Source: Hyaloraphidium curvatum SAG 235-1 (lineage: Eukaryota > Fungi > Monoblepharomycota). Taken from it: a stretch of DNA of 64,000 nt. The notes under the pieces were generated by a model that saw only the letters and a list, made by a program, of their open reading frames with translations, made no database searches and was not told where the DNA came from. The stretch spans positions 124,001-188,000 of the forward strand of contig JAIVFI010000006.1 of assembly GCA_025558095.1 (NCBI GenBank), written 5' to 3'. Each line of letters begins with the position of its first letter. The first letter of the stretch is position 1. Below are positions 58,479 to 64,000 of this stretch, one piece after another. Position numbers and translations under genes: made by a program.

Positions 58479-59366
58479 ATGGCCGCCGACGGCGTATCGG
58501 ACCTCGCCTACGAGACCTTCCCCGTCGGCCCGTTGCAGTGCAACTGCCTCCTCGTCTACTCCAAAAGCACGCGCCGTGCCGTGGTCATCGACGCAGGCGG
58601 CGACGCCGACGTCATCGTGCGGGAGCTGCGGTCGCGCAACCTGACGCCGGACGCCGTCTTGGCCACCCACGGCCACCTGGACCACATCCTCGCCGCCGCG
58701 GAGGTCAAGCGCGCGTTCCCGGGGTGCAAAACCGCGATCGGGAAGGACGACCGCTTCCTGTGGGACGCGTTGGCGGAGCAGGCGCGCCTCTTCGGCCTCC
58801 CCATGGAGGAATCCCAGATCCCCGGCCCGCCCGACGTCGAAATCGCCGGCGACGCCGACGTCCTCCTCGGCGACGGCACCGCCATCGGCCGCGCGCTGCA
58901 CACTCCCGGCCACTCCCCGGGCTCGACGTGCTACCACTTCCCCTCGATCTCGCTGCTGGCGTCGGGCGACACGCTGTTCCAGCAGTCCGTGGGGAGGACG
59001 GACCTGTGGGGGTCGGATTTCGAGCAGATGAGCGAGTCGATACGGACGAGGCTGTACACGCTGCCGGGTCAGACGTGGGTTATTCCGGGGCACGGGGGGA
59101 AGACAAAGATACACCTCGAGGCCAAGGTTGGTCCCACTGTCAGCAGGCGAGTCGGGCGTCGCCTGATTCACCTTCGGCGTGAAAACCCACAGTGGAACCC
59201 TTTCGTCCGCGCCGACGACCCCGACTCGATCGACGGCAACTCCAAGCTCTCGCCCCTCGAGCACGCCGCGGCCCTGCTGCACGGCACCGTGCGCGCACCC
59301 AGGCCGCACGCGTGCAGGGGTTGTGACGCGTTGGCGAGCTGGAGGGAGGCGCCGCCGAGGATGTGA
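58479..59366 (+). CDS. MBL-fold metallo-hydrolase (YcbL/glyoxalase II-like)
   Basis: PVGPLQCNC, THGHLDH, HTPGHSPGS, SGDTLF...GRTDL, IPGHG. Likely in-frame intron at about 59127-59192 before WNPFV. Confidence 0.9.
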   Translation: MAADGVSDLAYETFPVGPLQCNCLLVYSKSTRRAVVIDAGGDADVIVRELRSRNLTPDAVLATHGHLDHILAAAEVKRAFPGCKTAIGKDDRFLWDALAEQARLFGLPMEESQIPGPPDVEIAGDADVLLGDGTAIGRALHTPGHSPGSTCYHFPSISLLASGDTLFQQSVGRTDLWGSDFEQMSESIRTRLYTLPGQTWVIPGHGGKTKIHLEAKVGPTVSRRVGRRLIHLRRENPQWNPFVRADDPDSIDGNSKLSPLEHAAALLHGTVRAPRPHACRGCDALASWREAPPRM

Positions 59367-59594
59367 GGTGGGGCTGGGTCTGGAGGTGCAGGCGGAGGGC
59401 GGAATGGGTGGTTGGGGCGCTGGTGTTTCGGACGACGTCACCACGGTTAACGGAATCTCTAAATCCTCCTGCGTGCCCCGCCCCATTCATCTGTCTCTCT
59501 CTCGCTGATGTATTGGATGAGACTTGATGTCCTCAATCTTGTTGCGAAGGATCAGTCCGCTCGCGGGGATCGCGCGGCGTCTCATAGCAAATGG

Positions 59595-61304
59595 ATGCGC
59601 TTCCGCTGCTCTGAACGCGCGCTCACGCGCCGCCTCCTCCGTCGTTTCCTCATCGGCTGCGCGTTCGCCGCCTTTGCCGCCTATTTCGCCGCGCCGCCCC
59701 GCACCGGCGAGCACAATGTGCGCGCGTACGGGGCAAGGGGCGATGGAACTTCCCTGGACACCGCGGCGATACAGCGGGCCATCGACGCCGCCTTTTCCGC
59801 GGGCGGCGGCACGGTGATCCTGCCCGCCGGCGACTACCTTTCCTTTTCGCTGCGCCTGCGGAGCCGCGTGGGCCTCCGCTTCGAGCACGGCGCGATCCTG
59901 CGCGCTGCCACCCCCGGGAAGCACGCGGGCAGCTACGATGCGCCCGAGCCGAACCCCTGGGACGCGTACCAGGATTTTGGACACAGCCATTGGCGCAACA
60001 GCCTGATCTGGGGCGAAAGCGTCGAGCACGTCTCCATCTCCGGCCCGGGCCGGATTCTGGGAGACGGCCTCGTGCGCCGCGGCCCCGGCCCTCGCCGCGC
60101 AGAGCGCCCAGGCGACACGCCGGGCACGCTGAAGGACGCCGCCGACGCCTCCCGCGCCGTGGACCCCGAGGGCAGGGGCCTCGCCCGGGGGAACGGCACC
60201 GCCTGGAGCGACGAGTTCGACGGCATGGTCGGCGAGGGGAACAAGGCCATCGCGCTCAAACTGTCCCGCCACGTCGCCGTGCGCGATCTCACCATCGTCA
60301 ACGGCGGCCACTTTGCTGTGCTCGCCACCGGCGTGGACCGCCTCGTGATCGAGAACGTCAAAGTCGACACCATGCGCGACGGCTTCGACATCGACTCGTG
60401 CCGGCACGTCCGCATCTCCAACTGCGTCATCAACACCCCCAACGACGACGCCATCGTCCTCAAGAGCTCCTTCGCCCTCGGCTACGCCCGAGCCACCGAG
60501 CACGTCTCCATCGCCGGCTGTCGGGTCAGTGGGTTCGACCCCGGCACCCTCCTGGACGGCACCCGCGGCCGCACACAGAAGCTCGCGCCCGACCGCGACG
60601 GTCCCACCGGCCGGATCAAGCTCGGCACCGAGTCCAACGGCGGCTTCCGCGACGTCTCCATCAACAACTGCGTCTTCGAGCGGAGCCGCGGCATCGCCCT
60701 CGAGACCGTGGACGGCGGCCCGCTCGAAAACGTGCGCATCTCGGACATCGTCATGCGCGACGTGACCACCGCCCCCATCTTCCTCCGCGTCGGCGCGCGC
60801 ATGCGCGGCCCGGAAGGCGCCCGCGTCTCCGGCATGCGCGGCATCCTCCTGACAAACATCACCGCCTACAACGCCGAGCCCCGCTATTCATCCATCATCG
60901 CCGGCCTGCCCGATCACCCCATCAATGGCGTCGAGCTGAGCGGCATCCGCGTGGTCTCGGCCGGCGGTGGCACCCGCGAGCAGGCCGCCCGAGTGCTCGC
61001 TGAGAACGAGCAGGGGTACCCAGAGCCCTCCATGTTCGGCGTCACCCCGAGCCACGGGCTCTACATCCGCCACGCACGGGGGTTTGTGGTCCGGAACGCC
61101 AGCTTCCGCACGCTGGAGCCCGACGCGCGCCCAGCGGTCGTTGTCGAGCGGGCGGACGGCGTGCTTTTCGACGGGGCCTCGGGCGCGCGGCGCCCGGGCC
61201 AAGGCGCGGACTTTGTTGCCAAGAGCGTGCGGGGCCTGGTCGTGCGCAACCGACCGGGTCACCCCGATCGAAAGGTTACAAACGCGGAGCGGGAGGAGTT
61301 TTGA
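59595..61304 (+). CDS. Glycoside hydrolase family 28 (bacterial-type polygalacturonase/rhamnogalacturonidase-like), intronless
   Basis: NVRAYGARGDG, AIQRAIDAA, YQDFGHSHWRNSLIWGE, RDGFDIDSC, PNDDAIVLKS, GRIKLGTESNGGF, YPEPSMFG. Confidence 0.9.
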   Translation: MRFRCSERALTRRLLRRFLIGCAFAAFAAYFAAPPRTGEHNVRAYGARGDGTSLDTAAIQRAIDAAFSAGGGTVILPAGDYLSFSLRLRSRVGLRFEHGAILRAATPGKHAGSYDAPEPNPWDAYQDFGHSHWRNSLIWGESVEHVSISGPGRILGDGLVRRGPGPRRAERPGDTPGTLKDAADASRAVDPEGRGLARGNGTAWSDEFDGMVGEGNKAIALKLSRHVAVRDLTIVNGGHFAVLATGVDRLVIENVKVDTMRDGFDIDSCRHVRISNCVINTPNDDAIVLKSSFALGYARATEHVSIAGCRVSGFDPGTLLDGTRGRTQKLAPDRDGPTGRIKLGTESNGGFRDVSINNCVFERSRGIALETVDGGPLENVRISDIVMRDVTTAPIFLRVGARMRGPEGARVSGMRGILLTNITAYNAEPRYSSIIAGLPDHPINGVELSGIRVVSAGGGTREQAARVLAENEQGYPEPSMFGVTPSHGLYIRHARGFVVRNASFRTLEPDARPAVVVERADGVLFDGASGARRPGQGADFVAKSVRGLVVRNRPGHPDRKVTNAEREEF

Positions 61305-61500
61305 CCGTGGCTTTCGCCGGGAGGACGGGTCGTCTCCAGCACTACGGCCGAGGGCCTCGTTGATCCATCTACCTCTGCTTCGGAAAACACATCCATGTTC
61401 CTTCTGCCTCGTCTAGCTTGGTGCGAGTCCGGTGCCTCCTGCTGATCCCCAGGATCGAAGATTCCGTCCCTAACACCCCAACCAAACAGACCCGCCCACG

Positions 61501-63031
61501 ATGACCTCTCCGCCGCCCACGAATCGCGCCCCGCCGGATTTCTCGCAGCAAGAATGGCTTGCCTTGTTCCCCTGGCCGGCCAAGGACCCCGGGGTCGGCC
61601 TCCCGGCGGAGGACGACGAAGACGCGCTCCCCGACGCGTCGGAGCCCCCACGCGAGGCGGAACCGCTGGACGCGCACACCCTCGCCGCCGCGCTGGCGCC
61701 GTGGCCGCACTTGCGGGGGCTGGCGCGGCTGCAGCGGTCGAGTGCAGTGCAGTCGGCCGTGCACGCCAAGCTGTGGCGAGCGCTCCGGCTGCTCGCCTTC
61801 GCGGCGGCCTCGTGCGCCCTGCTCTCCTTCGTCCCTTCGGCCTCGGGAGGACAGTTCGGCACAAAGCAGACCGCCGCCTTTGGCGCCGCGTTCGTTGGCC
61901 TACTTTTGGCCTTGAACGTTGCAGTCTTCCGAAAAGTGCCGTGGACAGAGATGGCATGGAGCTATGACGCGGATCCCCTCGCGGGCTTCGTCCGCTGGTG
62001 CGAGCTCGTTGAGGCCGACCGAGCCATGGGCAAGGACGGCGCGGCGGGCTCGGTTCTGCTGCGGCACTGGGACTCGGACGAAAAGTGTCCCTGCGCGACC
62101 TGCCTGGCCGATCTCGGCCATTCTATTCTGCGGCAATTCACGTGGATTATTGCGCTGCGCTTCGTGGTGGGCGGCTTTGCTACCTGGTTGCTGGCGTTCT
62201 GGACGCCGCTCGTGACCCTGGGGAGCGCTGTCTGGAGCAGCCCTTGGGCCGTTGCCGGGCTCGTTCTCGTAGTCCACATCGTCACCTTTTATCCACTGAA
62301 TGCATTCGCCCGGAACACGCGGTGCTCGGGGGCCATGACGCCCACCCTCCGGCTCCTCCGCCGGGCCGTCGCCGCGAACCTGATGTCCGTGCTGGACGCC
62401 TGCCGGGGTACTCCGGGCGCGGATGGAGACTACAGTCGGCATGTTGACTTGATGATCCAGCTCCGGCGTCGGCTCGCCGCTGCAGCGACCGTGAGGCTGT
62501 CCGCATTGGAGGATATGTCCCGGATTTGGCTGGTAACGAGCTTGAGCTACGTCGTTTCCATGATAATCGTCGCCGTAAGTGCTTGTCTTCCCCCGCGCGC
62601 CGTCCGCACTTCTGATGTGCCCGCAGGCTGTCGGTTCGTGCATCACCGCCGGAAGCATCTCCACCTTTGGCTTCCTCTTTTGCGTCTCCTGCTTCGACAT
62701 ATACCTCTCCGCGTACGCCAACGGCCTGGCTTCGGACGCCGGCAAGCTCTACGACGCCGCCCTCGTGCGCCTGCGGGAACGCCGCGCCCGCGATCCCGAG
62801 GGCCAGGCCATCGACCACGCGCACGAGCAGCGCATCGTGCGCGTCGAAGGCCTGCTGCGATCGTACCGGGACGTCGCGGGCCTGCAGGCGACCTTCTTTG
62901 GGTTCCCGATCACCTTCCGCGTCGTGCGGACGCTCCTCGTGACGACCTTCACCGTGGCGATCGGTCTCTGGAGCCTGCTGCGGAGCGCGGGGCTGACGTT
63001 CACAATCGAGAGCATATGTCCTTCTTGGTGA
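61501..63031 (+). CDS. 7-TM family copy 5 (one intron)
   Basis: EWLALFP, GFVRW, LLRHWDSDEKCPCATC, WTPLVT, RLLRRA. Intron 62575-62626 precedes AVGSCI; ends FFGFPITFRVVRTLLVTTFTVAIGLWSLLR...ESICPSW*. Confidence 0.82.
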
Positions 63032-63596
63032 TCTTGCTGCGCCACCGCCAGCCGAAGGTGGACTGCTCTCACATTCATGGACGGCGCTGCACAGCTGTGC
63101 TGTGCGGGGACAGCCAGTGCATGCAGCGGCGCCGTCTGCGAAGGGAAGGCGGACGGGAAGCGTTCATTAGGAGCGAGGCTGCTCTTCTGGACTTTGGAGG
63201 GCAATAGAAAACAGCCAAGTGTTGGGCAGTAGTCTGCCGTGTTCGTACCCGGACCTTTTGTCGCCCTCACTCAGACGGAGGAGCTGGGCCTGTCGCCGAC
63301 GAGGCCCGCGGCGGCTTCTTCGGCGGGCCCTGTCCGTGCTCCCCGCTCCTGCGCCACGCTATGCACGATCCGGCGCGGCGGTGCTGATTTCGTTCGGAAG
63401 CGGATAGACCGCGGAATGCGGTGTTTCGGCCGCCTGGAACCTTCGGCCGCTTTGCCGACCGTTCGGGACGCTGCTGCGCCGCAGTTCCCGAAATCGAGAC
63501 CCTACATAAGCACCCCCTTGGCACCGCACAGCACCACCGCGAGCTCGAATCCAAAGCCACGAACACTCAAATAAAGCCAAAACTCTATCGGCAGCA

Positions 63597-64000
63597 ATGG
63601 CCCGCCTGAGCGCCTTCGCCGCCGCCCTCCTGCTCGCGGCCCTGGCTGCGTCCCTGCTGCCGTCGGCGCACGCCCGCCCGAGTCCCCCCGCGAACTGTCC
63701 CCCCGGCACCGTCAAGTGCCTCAACGGCTTCTGTGCCCAGAACATCTACGCCTGCCAGGGCCTCCGCGCCCGCGGCCTCGCTCCCCCCGTGGTCCCCCGG
63801 TTCGTGGCGCCCGACGCCCACCCCACCGACGAATTCAGGGCCGCCCTCGCCGACACTTGCACCTCCGCCGGCTGGACCCTCTGCCCAAGCAGCTCCATCT
63901 GCTCCCCCAGCGCCGACCTGTGCCCCAGGACCTGCGCCGACCTCGGCTGGAGCACCTGCCAGGACGGCGGCTGCGTGCCTTCGGCCGACCAGTGCCCGGA
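63597..64000 (+). CDS. Secreted Cys-rich repeat protein, runs off the window
   Basis: Signal peptide MARLSAFAAALLLAALAASLLPSAHA, then three 4-Cys modules: CPPGTVKCLNGFCAQNIYAC, CTSAGWTLCPSSSICSPSADLC, CADLGWSTCQDGGCVPSADQC. Confidence 0.75.
   Translation, partial: MARLSAFAAALLLAALAASLLPSAHARPSPPANCPPGTVKCLNGFCAQNIYACQGLRARGLAPPVVPRFVAPDAHPTDEFRAALADTCTSAGWTLCPSSSICSPSADLCPRTCADLGWSTCQDGGCVPSADQCP

Noticed and set aside
1-64000. Prokaryotic origin, operons, CRISPR, rRNA/tRNA, or a biosynthetic gene cluster
   Set aside because: Pervasive spliceosomal introns and fungal marker genes; no repeat-spacer array, structured RNA gene or PKS/NRPS/terpene core was seen.

Overview
This is GC-rich, gene-dense eukaryotic DNA with short GT-AG introns (mostly 50-80 nt), so most long antisense or alternate-frame ORFs in the track are GC-bias shadows. 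A myosin-motor chitin synthase, a Yvc1-like TRP channel, TSC10, a Ugo1-like carrier and Sin3 point to a fungus. An early-diverging (chytrid/monoblepharid-type) lineage is my inference and is not proven. About 33 genes or pseudogenes can be reconstructed by splicing. Highlights: (1) five members of an unannotated 7-TM family (one tandem pair, one nonsense pseudogene, two dispersed copies). They share an H-x6/7-CPC-x2/4-C loop motif, a conserved Cys pair, and a last helix resembling gustatory-receptor-like/DUF3537 7TM ion channels, so they may be an expanded fungal chemoreceptor-channel repertoire. (2) Several bacterial-type enzymes at different stages of intron acquisition: polyphosphate glucokinase (5 introns), an Ord/native amine dehydrogenase (3 introns) and an intronless GH28. 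(3) A GIY-YIG-like gene lying between a BRI3-like gene and a dead copy of it. (4) A stand-alone BtaB half of betaine-lipid synthase, a Sin3 lacking PAH2, and a 2OG oxygenase bracketed by 46-bp direct repeats. No rRNA, tRNA or CRISPR was seen. All family assignments come from motif recognition by eye; no searches were run.
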